Under the pieces are notes generated by a model. That model made no database searches. It was given only the letters and a program-made list of their open reading frames with translations, and had not been told where the DNA came from. A stretch of 63,697 nt of DNA, counting the filler, from Octopus bimaculoides (taxonomy: Eukaryota), in assembly GCF_001194135.2 (NCBI RefSeq). It is 3 parts of 3 records of this genome, joined end to end, with 100 filler letters (N's around TTAATTAATTAA, not from the genome) between each part and the next. Parts side by side here need not be neighbours in the genome. Positions count along the whole stretch, not along the records: positions 29,390 to 59,399 come from NC_068985.1; positions 59,500 to 63,697 come from NC_068991.1; 1 more part is not named here. The stretch is one strand, 5' to 3'. Every line of letters starts with the position of its first letter. Position 1 is the stretch's first letter. Shown piece by piece: positions 51,732 through 63,697 of the stretch. The position numbers were made by a program, and so were the translations under genes.

Positions 51732-51824
51732 ATGATGCCAAGGAAACCTCGGCCACGGAGGGACAGGTCTGAAGTTAGCTGTTGCATAAAATACTTGGTA
51801 TTTGGTTTCAACGTTATATTTTGG
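51732..51824 (+). CDS. TSPAN5: First coding exon of a TspanC8 tetraspanin (TSPAN5/TSPAN17-like); the rest of the gene is not found in the window
   Basis: MMPRKPRPRRDRSEVSCCIKYLVFGFNVIFW followed by donor GTGAGT (51825-30). EVSCCIKY..FGFNVIFW and the phase-0 intron after Trp match vertebrate TSPAN5/17 exon 1. Likely co-ortholog of TSPAN5/17, so the symbol is approximate. Confidence 0.9.
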
Positions 51825-52707
51825 GTGAGTGGATTTCTGATAACTAGTTCACTTTTATTATTCAATTAAATATTTTTTACAAATATCTTTTCTGTTATAT
51901 CTGTGTGGTGTTTGTATATATATATACATATAAATCGAATATTTGTATATAAATATTAGTGTATATGTACATACATATATCGAATATTTATAGATAGATA
52001 TTAGTATATTGTGTGTGTATATGTATATATATATATATTCAATATTTGTAATTGAATATTAGTGTATTATGTGTGTATAAGAAACATACATGCAATTACA
52101 CACACGTACATACAATGTTAGTATATTGTATATATGTGTACACACGTGCATGCTTCTGTACATGTATTAGTATATTAAATGTTTACACACTATTTATTAA
52201 CGTCAATGTATCTAAACATGTATATCTGTATGTGAATATTACATTTTTACGTAACATACTACATAGACTCATATACCCTGAAACATACACAATTCAAATT
52301 TTGCAATGGTAAAGTACCAGCTGAATACTGAGGGACAATAATAACTGACTCTTCGATTTTCCTCTCCCTTAAAGAAGCAGTGTCCTTGTGTTACAAATTA
52401 GTATACACACACCTGTGTATTTGTATGTAAATATTAGTATATGTAAATGTTCGTATATTTGTGTGTATGTTTGTGTGTGTATGTATGTATGTATGTATGG
52501 CAGTGATTGTCTTTGTTGGTCCTGCACCAAAATGAATAACCTGGTCGTTACAGCAAAATATACAAATATTGCTGTATGTATATGTGTGTGTGTATAATTG
52601 CAATAAAAGTGTAATTTTTACAAAGGTTTTGTAATATATGACATAGTATACACACATATATGGATGCATATGTATGTATATAAATATATACATAAATATA
52701 TGAATGT

Positions 52708-52778
<71 letters not shown>

Positions 52779-52818
52779 TAGATATATAAGAATAGGTCTG
52801 TCACACAAAGGCTTCGTG

Positions 52819-52851
<33 letters not shown>

Positions 52852-53803
52852 TAGATAGATATATAAGAATAGGTCTGTCACACAAAGGCTTCGTGTAATA
52901 TATATATATATGACTATATGTAATAAGTATACTAATATACAAGCCTGTACAATCTTTGTATATGACACAAAGCCTTTGTGTCTGTTACTCCAATTCCATG
53001 TTTACCTGTTTATTTCAAATATTTCTTTGTTATTATTAATTATTATTTCAGCATATCGTTTTGATTCATTCATTATGTTTATTGTTTATTTAATTTTACC
53101 TCGTGTAGTTATTTTATCTTTTCCGTTCGGATCGGAGACACGTAGTAATATGTATGTATGTATGTATATATATATATATATATATATNNNNNNNNNNNNN
53201 NNNNNNNNNNNNNNNNNNNNNNNNNNNNNNNNNNNNNNNNNNNNNNNNNNNNNNNNNNNNNNNNNNNNNNNNNNNNNNNNNNNNNNNNNNNNNNNNNNNN
53301 NNNNNNNNNNNNNNNNNNNNNNNNNNNNNNNNNNNNNNNNNNNNNNNNNNNNNNNNNNNNNNNNNNNNNNNNNNNNNNNNNNNNNNNNNNNNNNNNNNNN
53401 NNNNNNNNNNNNNNNNNNNNNNNNNNNNNNNNNNNNNNNNNNNNNNNNNNNNNNNNNNNNNNNNNNNNNNNNNNNNNNNNNNNNNNNNNNNNNNNNNNNN
53501 NNNNNNNNNNNNNNNNNNNNNNNNNNNNNNNNNNNNNNNNNNNNNNNNNNNNNNNNNNNNNNNNNNNNNNNNNNNNNNNNNNNNNNNNNNNNNNNNNNNN
53601 NNNNNNTATATATATAAGCTTCAAATCCTAGGCTTTGTTCCTCTGTCAGTTTTATTTTGTACATATTCTTTTTTCGTATCTCACAAATGGCAAAGAAAAC
53701 ATTTCACACACACACACACACACACACACAAGGCAATGAACACAAGACCAGACGATGGTCGAGTTTTAACATACATGTGTTTGTGTATATGTATTTGTGT
53801 GTG

Positions 53804-53838
<35 letters not shown>

Positions 53839-53845
53839 GTATGTG

Positions 53846-53881
<36 letters not shown>

Positions 53882-53889
53882 GTATGTGC

Positions 53890-53925
<36 letters not shown>

Positions 53926-54429
53926 GTACACAGAAAGTGACACGTTTTGAATGCAAACACATTCTGACCGATCAAATAATATCCGAAGTAGTACAATAAA
54001 TACCACAAAGTGCTCGATAAATAGTTAACGATGCGATAAGTCAGGATAATTAAGCTGCTGCGACATTAGCCTATATGATGATAAATATGTTAAAAAAAAA
54101 AGAAAAAAAAAGAACATATGCATCTGTATATGCACGCTTACACACACACACACACACACACACGTTCCGTTTTATTTTGTTTGTAGCTAATGTAATAAAT
54201 ATTACTTTTTCATTTCAATTGTCAATGTAGCAAATTATTATATCCGTTAATGCAGCCAGCTCCTTAAACACCTGTCATGATTATATATATATTCTTGTGT
54301 GTATGGTTGTTCTTTCCCTGTGCTATTTATTTTCATTCATTCTATTTTTTTCAAACGACAAATGGACACGCTATAATGTTTTGCTTTGAATTTTCGCTTC
54401 TTCCCATTCCTTCCGCGGGTTTAGTATTA

Positions 54430-54473
<44 letters not shown>

Positions 54474-54708
54474 TATTTTTTTAATCCCCTATCCTGACTT
54501 TGCTTCAATCTTCTTTCCTTCTTCTTTGGTCGTGTGGTCTCATTTACGTTATATTCGAGAGAGAGAGAGAGAGAGAGAGAAAACATTATGTAGTAAATGT
54601 TTATTCGGTTCACATTTTCGTTTGAATCCCATACCTAACCAACATTAACTCTTTACCTGTCAATTCGTTTTTTACTTCGATATTTCGTCATGCACATACA
54701 TACGTACA

Positions 54709-54755
<47 letters not shown>

Positions 54756-55380
54756 TCACACGTTCACACACACATACATGTTTCTCTCCTTCTCTCTCTC
54801 TCTATATATATATATACACTCACACATCTATATGCCTATGTGCTTGTATTTTTTTGTATGAATACATGAGTACATGCATACATACAGTTATTGATGTACT
54901 AAAGGGAGAAATATTACTCCTCAATTTGTTGGCTGATTCCCGCCATCTCACAACCTGTGACCCTTCAAACGTGTCTCTCCTTCTCATCTATCTATCTATC
55001 TATCATGCATATATGTAAAGTATACACTCATATATCTATGTATAAAACCTTGTCTCTGCATCGATTAATATAACCATGTATATGTTTTCTTCTCAAAGAT
55101 GAGTGTTTGTAAATGTACCTAGGTATTGTGGAACCCTTGTCAGCAAATTTCCTTTGAAACGTCGATGGACGCTCATTCTGATGAGGATTCACACTTTCAC
55201 TTAAAGAAATCTATCTTTTGGTATAGTTGAAGAATTGTACTCAACATTGTTTACACTAGCTATGTATGTCTATGGTGTGTGTGGCATACTTGTCATCTTG
55301 CATACTAGCACATTAAAATCCTTGCATTCTAACACGTATTCATACACACACACACATATATATATACATGAATATATACG

Positions 55381-55424
<44 letters not shown>

Positions 55425-56127
55425 AGTCCATGGAGTATAATTATACATATCAATAGAGTATAATTACACACACACGCATATATACACACATACACGTATA
55501 TATACACACACACGCATCCTTTACAAGACGTGTATCAAAACACTTGTTTCTATACGAATAAACATAAACAAACTATGTATGTGTGTGTGTGTGTGTGTAT
55601 ATATATAAATATATGTATGTATAATTATAAACATATAGGGATCAGCATGAGTTGCCTCACCAACATACTGAAAATTTAGAAATAGCAGTCAAAGAACTAC
55701 TAATTCTAACTACAATTTTTTTCCTCTAACGGATGGCAATATTTATGGCACACATAGAACAAAACATATATGTATGTATATATTTAAAAGCTACTATTTA
55801 CAACTGAGCGCCTATTCACAACTTTCGTATCAATCGTTTCTCACTTAAGCCTGCCTTTTTACTACTGGTGCTTCTCATCTGCTACAAAAGCAAAGCAATG
55901 ATTAATACGACGATGGTGGTGGTGGTAGTTGTTCGAAAGGATACGACAAATTCTGCAATCACAGGAACCCGACGTTTCTTGTTGGACCTAATAAGTAGCA
56001 ACTAACCGTGCTTTACTACTTTTAAATTTCCTTATTAAGTGTATATATATCTTGTTGTTTGCTAATCGGACACTGACAAGTACTGGTGGATGTGCTAATT
56101 GTAAAACAAGACTGGACAACAATGTGT

Positions 56128-56181
<54 letters not shown>

Positions 56182-57399
56182 TGTATGTGTATGAACATGC
56201 ATACAATTTGGTTTTAATATTAATAATTATGTTTTTATTGCGTCAGTTCGGTGTATGAATGAGGTCACATGACAGTTTTATTTACATAATAATCAGCGGC
56301 AAATTGCAATAACTATTTTATCAAATTGTGTGTGTGTGTGTGTAAGGAGGTGAGGGTGGGTAAGGAGAAAGAAGTGGTGTATATAATGAATTGTGTGCAG
56401 AAATTTAGCGTCATGACATCACGTGAGCACGTGCCCCTGTGTATATTTATTTTAATTTGATTCTTTGTTTTTGTTTTTTTTTGTCAATTCAATCAATTTA
56501 TTTCGACAACAAAATTACTGCAGAATAATTTCACTGTATATAAACATAGAAAGCGAAGAATTGAGCAGTTATGGTTTTAGGTTCGGTGTCAAGGGCCAAA
56601 ATGTGGTGGCTTGGACGTCAAAGGTCCTCTTGTTGGTTCTTCTAACTGTACACATACATGTTTCTGTGTTAATATGTTAATTCCAACAAATGACTACGTC
56701 AGTTTCGGCAATGAGTATCTTAGTTCAAGCAACTGAATTGCCTGCTCATTGAATTGGCTAAGTGACTGACACTTGTACACTTGCCGTGATCAGACAGAAT
56801 CAGCGGTGGATGTAGGAACGGCCGAGTGGTTAAATAGTTCGCTGCGCATTCATGGGGTCCTTAAGAATTCATTTCCACTATGTAGTGTTTTCGTCAAGCC
56901 TATAGCTTCAGGTGGATTTATGCTTTCGGAGTGAAAATGGGTAGACGGAAACTGTGTGAAAGTTTTGTCAGAGTATTGTAATTCAAAATAAAGTCATCCT
57001 TGTCGCACATTGTCTCTCACGAAATCAGCTGTCAGATTGAGTTTAAGAATACATGCTCTCTAAATATTCAACTACTGACGCTATTAATTGAATGAGCAGA
57101 CAATTAGGTTGATCGAACAACTGGAATACTCATTGTCAAAAGTGATAGAGGTCTGTTTACCTTGTTTATTCTGACATCTGTTTCTGCGCAACTCATAAAA
57201 TTAATCTAGTAGAATGGTTTCAAAAGTGTACAATTATCAATTGATGTGTAGCTCCGTATTAGTTCCGATCTAGCATTCTTATGATCAAAGTCCTTTTGAC
57301 TATGGCCATCCTGGCTTTTTCTATAAGAGTGGAATTTTATTTATCTCTTTACATGCAGGATCTACGAGATCTCTGGACTAACGTTACTTGATAGGGTGC

Positions 57400-57730
57400 A
57401 TAACTTGGAGATCAGAGAATCTCTCCTGGATGATCCGCTACTTTTCTGCATTGAGAGGTTATAGCTCTATTACAACAGACATACGATTAGAATGTCGCTT
57501 AAAAGAATCGCCAGATAGATTTTTCATGCCAAGCCAACTGACAGAGGAGTCCAAGACGTAGATCAAGAACGAAATGGTTGGATAATATCCATAATCTCAT
57601 TTGGCCATGCTTGGGAATCCAGCTGGAAAGTGTAATGACAGTTGCTTCTGAAGGACCCTATAAAGGAGGTTCCTGAGGACTCTACCCACACAACCCTCCC
57701 AGAATAGTAGACGGAGATGGGTGGATGGAT
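57400..57730 (+). mobile_element. RTE-clade LINE C-terminal fragment (degraded)
   Basis: Frameshifted ..RTKWLDNIHNLIWPCLGIQLESVMTVASE..RTLPTQPS. Confidence 0.5.
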
Positions 57731-57799
57731 CTGAAGGAAAGGGTATTGTTCATGATCTTACAAGTTCTTTTACACCAGCGAAACTTTTGCTGTTGCTTT

Positions 57800-58080
57800 T
57801 CCTCCTGAACATTTTCTTTGTCAATCAATACCTGTAATAAAGATATGAGCAAGGATAGAATTTTAGAGGCTGATGTTCCAGAAAGGATTAGGCATAATCA
57901 TTAGTGTGGAACTTGGAGTGGGTGGGACACGACAAGGAGGATGAGAAAAGGAGAGACAAGTAGGATGGGAATGTCTTGAGTCAAAGTGGCATGAGCATAG
58001 TTAGCAGAGGCCATAAAAATAGTAGCCGTGGAAAAGACAGAGAGGAAGCAATGCAAGGCTCTGGCCACCAGCCAGAGCCT
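57800..58080 (-). mobile_element. CR1/L2-like LINE 3' fragment (degraded)
   Basis: Minus strand ..LCLFHGYYFYGLC.. resembles the SLCLFYRYYNGLCS motif of CR1-group C-termini. Confidence 0.4.
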
Positions 58081-59008
58081 TCGTGTGTAACTATAAGTGA
58101 CTTTATGCTAATCAGATGGGTGACCCTTTTGTAGATGCAGTTTAAGATATGTGTGCAGATATCTTATTTTTTAATGTGTCTTCTTTTTTTTAAGATTGTA
58201 GGATGTGCTTCAAGGGATTTTTGACTGTTCTTTGTAGCAGGTCATCATCACCGTGATTTAACGTCCGTTTTCCTTGCTGGCATGAGTTAGACCGTTTGAC
58301 TGGACTGGTAAGCTGAAGAGTTGCACCAGACTCGTTTCAGCTTGGTTACTATGGCTGGATGTCCTTCCTAAAGCCCTTCATAATGTCAACCTCTCCATTG
58401 AGTGTACTGAGTGCCATTTATGCGTCACTGGCACGGGTGCCTTTTGCACAACACGGCACGGGTGCCTTTTGCATGACACTGGCATGGGCACCTTCTGCAT
58501 GACACCGGCATGGGTGCCTTTCATGTGTCACCAGCATGAGCACCTTTCGCGTGTCACCAGCACGAGTACCTTTCATGTGTTATGGTACAGGCGCCTTTTG
58601 CATGTCACCGGCACAGGTCAGGTTGTATATACATATGTCTACAAACAGATTTGTGTATGTTGGGCACTCTCAAAGTATTTATCCATATTCAAGAGCACCG
58701 CAGTTTTCTTTCATAGATTATTATTTATTCTTCCAAACTTAAAAATATCAAACCGTCACATTTCCAGTGTAATGTGTTTGAAAGAAAAGCTTATTTTCAC
58801 AAAAACATGCATGTGTGTGAGCACGTATAGGTATGTGTGTGCATGTGTATCTGTGGATGCATATTGATGTGTGAAAATGTATGTGTGCAGGTATTCTAAA
58901 CAAAATGTTAGGAACTCAAATGAAGTATAGAGAAATCTTAATTAAAAAGGTGAGTGGGGACTAAAAGTAGTTGTTTTCAATTCATGAGAAAAAGTAAAGT
59001 TGTTCTCT

Positions 59009-59075
<67 letters not shown>

Positions 59076-59363
59076 AAGAGAGTTAGGGGTTGAGGATTCA
59101 ACCCACTGAGGGATAATATATATCCAACATACTGCTGGGAGCAGTATATTGGATATATATTATATGGTGCCACGCTTGCACCATATATATATATATATAT
59201 ATATATTATGGTACAAGCGTGGCTGTGTAAAAAGCTTACTTCCTAACCATATGGTTCTAGGTTCAGCTCCACTTTGTGGCACCTTAGGCAAGTGTCTTCT
59301 TATATAGCCTTGTGAGTGGATTTGGTAGGCAGAAACTGAAGGAAACCTGTCATGTATATATAA

Positions 59364-59394
<31 letters not shown>

Positions 59395-59819
59395 TATATN
59401 NNNNNNNNNNNNNNNNNNNNNNNNNNNNNNNNNNNNNNNNNNNTTAATTAATTAANNNNNNNNNNNNNNNNNNNNNNNNNNNNNNNNNNNNNNNNNNNNG
59501 GAGTATATCGTAAAGAGATAGAATCTATAGCAAAGTTAGAAAGGTTGGGGGGAGAGCAGAAAGGAAGCAGAATGAAAAAAAGATGAAAGAAGAAGAAGAA
59601 GATTACAGAGAAAAATATTGGTCTCAAATTTTAGCCCAAGGCCAGTAATTTTGGGGTGTGTTGGGATGGGGGGGGGGCTAGTTGATTATATCGACCCTCA
59701 GTGCTCAGCAGGTGCTCATTTTATCGATCTCGGGAGGATGAAAGGCAAAGTCGACCTCGGCGGAATTTGAACTAAGAACGTGAAGACGGACGAAATGTCA
59801 CTAAGCATTTAGCCCGGCG

Positions 59820-60370
59820 GGCAATGTGAATGTGTGTGTGTGTGTGTGTGTATAGACGGATGTATGTATGTATGTATGTATTATGTATGTATGGATGGAT
59901 AAATGTGTATGTATGTGCATGTACGTGTGTGTATCTATGTATGTTTTGAATGCATGTATGTATGTGTATATGTATCTATGTATGAATGTATATATGTATG
60001 TGCGTGCGTATGTGTATATATGTATGTATGTGCATGTATGTGTGTACCTACGTATATATATGTGTGTGCATGTATGAGTGTACGTATGTATATATGCATG
60101 TGTGCATGTGTGTATGTATGTGTGTGTGTAGGTATGTGCGTGTGTGCTTGTTTGTCTATCCTTCTGTCTGTCTGTATGTATGTATGTACGTATGTATGTA
60201 TGTGTGTATGTATGTGTGTGTGCTTGTATGTATATATGGATGAATGGATGGATGTGTGTACGTATGTGTATGTTTATATGTGTGGCTATGTATGAATGTA
60301 TGTAGGCATGTGTAAATACCTTTGTATGTTTGTATGTAAAAAAATGTATGCGTGTATTTGTGTATGTACA
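59820..60370. repeat. Long degenerate (TG)/(TATG)n low-complexity tract
   Basis: Direct reading. Confidence 0.9.
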
Positions 60371-63261
60371 TGTGCATTTTCTCTTTTATTTCTAATTATT
60401 GAAATCTTCTAAGAAAGGAACTGATTTTTAACAAAGACACAGCGTTCCATTATTGGATTGTGAATAATAAAGACAATGTTACACGTTGAACTTCAGAAAA
60501 GTCTTGCATACTTTTACTCTTCCGCTTACAGATTGTCTTTGCAATGCACAACTTAGCTGATGGATTTCTTTTTCTCAAAACCTTAGCTTATCCAGATTGT
60601 CACTTACAAAAACAAGCGTACCAATTATTCTTGGTACAGATATATGAATTTATAATCTGGGTATAGAAGCTGGAGGTTTCGAAGCAGTTATCTGTAGGTA
60701 TCCTCTTTTTCTTTGATCCATGCATGCAACATATACGTATGTATGTATGGATGGATGTATGTTATGCAAGGTCGCTTCTGAGTGCTACTGGTAACGTGTA
60801 ATCTAGTGCAGTCTACTACATGGTCGAGTCGTCGGCGACTAAACTGGCAATCCCACTAAGATTATTTAGTGAGAATTGGACACCCTGCAGGATGAAAAAC
60901 AAAACTTTGTCAAAGAACGGATGAATGCACTAAAGTCAACAAGCATCCAATACTGCTCTTGCTATTTCTCATGGACAGCGGTAGTTCCTGCAGCAACCAT
61001 TGACAGACTGGTGACTCTGGTGCAAAAAATAGTGACTGCGCAGAGGATTGACATGTTTTGAACAATGGGCCCTCCATAACAGGTCCTGTCAGCAAAGAAC
61101 TGCGAAAATGAGAGGACATGACTCTATGAGAAGGAAAACTTTGATGTAAAACCTGCGACTCGATGGCAGCCGATGATGTTGACTACCGTAATTTAGGGAG
61201 GAACAGCAACAGCCTAGTGAATTAGAAGAAAAAACAGAAAATTAAAATGCATAGAAAGAACTCTGCTCTGATCTGATGTCCCTGAATTCGTAAGACATAT
61301 CAAATTGCCTGGCTGGCAATAAATATTTTGCCTTGCTTTCCCCAACTGCAAGGATTTAAAAAAAATCTTTTTACATTTCACCCCTATGGTGTCTTACGAA
61401 TTCTCCATCACACAGGGGCATCAGATCAGTCAGAAAAGCAGAGTTCTTTCTTTCCTATCATCTGTCATCAGCATTTTAATTTATTTCTTTTTTGTTGTTT
61501 ATTCACCGAGCTGTCCTCGTTCCCACAAATCACGGTAATTCTTTTGTACGTAGTCAATCACCAGAGAGTGGGATTGGTTGTGTGCAAGGCCTCTCCTAAC
61601 TTTGAAGTAAAATGTATCATGCACAAGCATCGCTTGACGTACAGGCATCGTTGTCTTATACTCGAGGTGGAGTATAAGATGCCAAAAGAAAACCTCGATA
61701 CTTTTGCAATACAAAGCTCACGAGTGTGAGATATATGAAAACCTCGTCTTCTTCTATTCTTAATTATTCGAAGCTTTCCTATAAAGCAAGATTTGGTTTC
61801 TAACAGAGGTAGAAAGCTTCCTCATTGGAATGTATCAGGCTGAGTAGAAAGTGTGTGTGTGTGGTATTAACTGTGTGTCTGTGTGATATTAACAGTTTAT
61901 GTGTGTGTTGTCGTTGTGAGAGATCAGCAGCTATGCTGACAGGTGTGTGTTTGAGTGATTGTGACAGTACGTGTGCGTATGTGTGTGTATGTGTGTGTGT
62001 GTGTGTGTGTGTGCGTGTGTGTCTTTGTATTTGTGCTTAACAACCGGTGCTGGTTTGTTGACATCACGCTAACCTAGCTGCTCGACAAAAGATATCATTG
62101 ATAAAAGAAATTTTTGAAATGCGTTTCTGTCACTTTGTTCGACTAAAAGCCTTCATGGCGGTGCTCCAGTGCGGCCATAGTCCAATGGCTGAAACAAGTA
62201 CAAGATAACCGGCGCCCCAAAAGTTTGGTAGAAGAACAATCGTATTAAGTCCGCACCCAAGCATATGACGGGTACTTTCTTTAAGCGATCTCCAAAGAAT
62301 GAAAATGAATTGTCGATCTTGGTGGTAATTGAAGTCATGATGTAGGAAAGAAAGAAAGAAAGATAGAAAGAAAGAAAGAAAGAAAGAAAGAAGAAGAAGA
62401 AGAAAGTGGGCAGTTAATTAAATGGCACAGGGCATTTTGCTGGGAGCCCTACCGATTCTGTTGGTCGACTGCTTTTCTTTTGTATTTATAATCATAGAAG
62501 CGATAACCCGAAGCAATGAAACTAGAAGGAAAATGGTGTTCCAGTGAGAGTTTCATTTNNNNNNNNNNNNNNNNNNNNNNNNNNNNNNNNNNNNNNNNNN
62601 NNNNNNNNNNNNNNNNNNNNNNNNNNNNNNNNNNNNNNNNNNNNNNNNNNNNNNNNNNNNNNNNNNNNNNNNNNNNNNNNNNNNNNNNNNNNNNNNNNNN
62701 NNNNNNNNNNNNNNNNNNNNNNNNNNNNNNNNNNNNNNNNNNNNNNNNNNNNNNNNNNNNNNNNNNNNNNNNNNNNNNNNNNNNNNNNNNNNNNNNNNNN
62801 NNNNNNNNNNNNNNNNNNNNNNNNNNNNNNNNNNNNNNNNNNNNNNNNNNNNNNNNNNNNNNNNNNNNNNNNNNNNNNNNNNNNNNNNNNNNNNNNNNNN
62901 NNNNNNNNNNNNNNNNNNNNNNNNNNNNNNNNNNNNNNNNNNNNNNNNNNNNNNNNNNNNNNNNNNNNNNNNNNNNNNNNNNNNNNNNNNNNNNNNNNNN
63001 NNNNNNNNNNNNNNNNNNNNNNNNATAGGGAAAGATATGTATGTATATGTATGTATGTATAGTGTAAATGTACAAGTTAAAGATGTGTTTAATAGTGTAT
63101 AGATATTGCAAATATACACTGTAAAAGGTGAGCTTGATAGGATGTTTGCGTGTGTGAATATACATTCTTACACATACATGCCCATATCTTCATTATCACG
63201 GTGTGTTAACGTGTATGTATGCATGTGTGTGTTTCTTTACACACACACACACTCACACGTA

Positions 63262-63301
<40 letters not shown>

Positions 63302-63697
63302 TGCATACATACATACATACATACATACATACATCATGCACGCATGCACACACGCACACGCACATGTCAGCGCTAACACGTTATCTTAAAAATAGCGTGT
63401 TAGCAGGGGAATGTGCTTATCCCTTCCCATCCCTGAATGTAACTTAATTTTGAATGATTAGTTCTTAATTTCTAGAAATAATCACCTATCCTTGGTAGCC
63501 GCTAACAATTACCGTCTGGTTTTAGTATTTTTCTCTCTAATTAGCAGGGATATTTCAGTTAATTAGAACATGGTCTTGTTAAATAGAGATAATTTGTATT
63601 GTATTTTTGTAGGGAACTAAATGTATAAATACAGGAAGCCGAGGGTGTAAATCACAGATGGAAGGTTGGAAATCGCTGACGAAGAGAATTCCTATAT

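Noticed and set aside
51684-51869. The 61-aa ORF as the tetraspanin N-terminus
   Set aside because: It starts at a non-ATG codon and reads through the GTGAGT donor into the intron; the supported coding part is 51732-51824.
52775-52905. Approximately 55-bp direct duplication between (TA)n runs
   Set aside because: Explained by slippage or assembly at microsatellites; no spacer structure, so not CRISPR-like. No CRISPR, rRNA or prokaryotic features were seen anywhere in the window.
55155-55195. GAAACGTC...CTGATGAGG as another hammerhead
   Set aside because: The core motifs are present, but the A15.1-U16.1 pair and stems I and II cannot form.
56530-56620. 'VVAWTSK' as tetraspanin exon 2
   Set aside because: No hydrophobic TM1 segment, no good acceptor, and a weak donor (GTCCTC).

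Overview
AT-rich, repeat-dense animal genomic DNA with many assembly gaps (N runs) and microsatellites. The repeat content and gene set suggest a mollusc, probably an octopus/cephalopod; this is inference, as no database was searched. Two host genes are supported. (1) An intact DNA polymerase beta (POLB) whose whole 336-aa CDS lies in one exon (30734-31744, minus), with a splice acceptor 13 nt upstream of the ATG, which is a retrogene-like architecture. (2) The first coding exon of a TspanC8 tetraspanin (TSPAN5/17-like; 51732-51824, plus). The rest is transposon-derived: R4/Dong-like and HERO-like RLE LINE fragments, a degraded Penelope-like RT, RTE and CR1-like fragments, a full-length mariner with two stop codons, Tc1 fragments, several MITEs with identifiable TIRs/TSDs, and many tRNA-derived SINEs. 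The most unusual item is a tRNA-headed SINE family whose 3' part carries a Penelope-type minimal hammerhead ribozyme motif. It is present as a head-to-head inverted pair (13756-14355) plus an internally deleted third copy (27701-27852). Also notable are tandem ORF1-only (gag-knuckle) LINE-like elements and a SAP+SWIM ORF remnant next to a second head-to-head inverted duplication. Coordinates of degraded repeats are approximate; exact boundaries are given only where TIR, TSD or splice signals were read directly.
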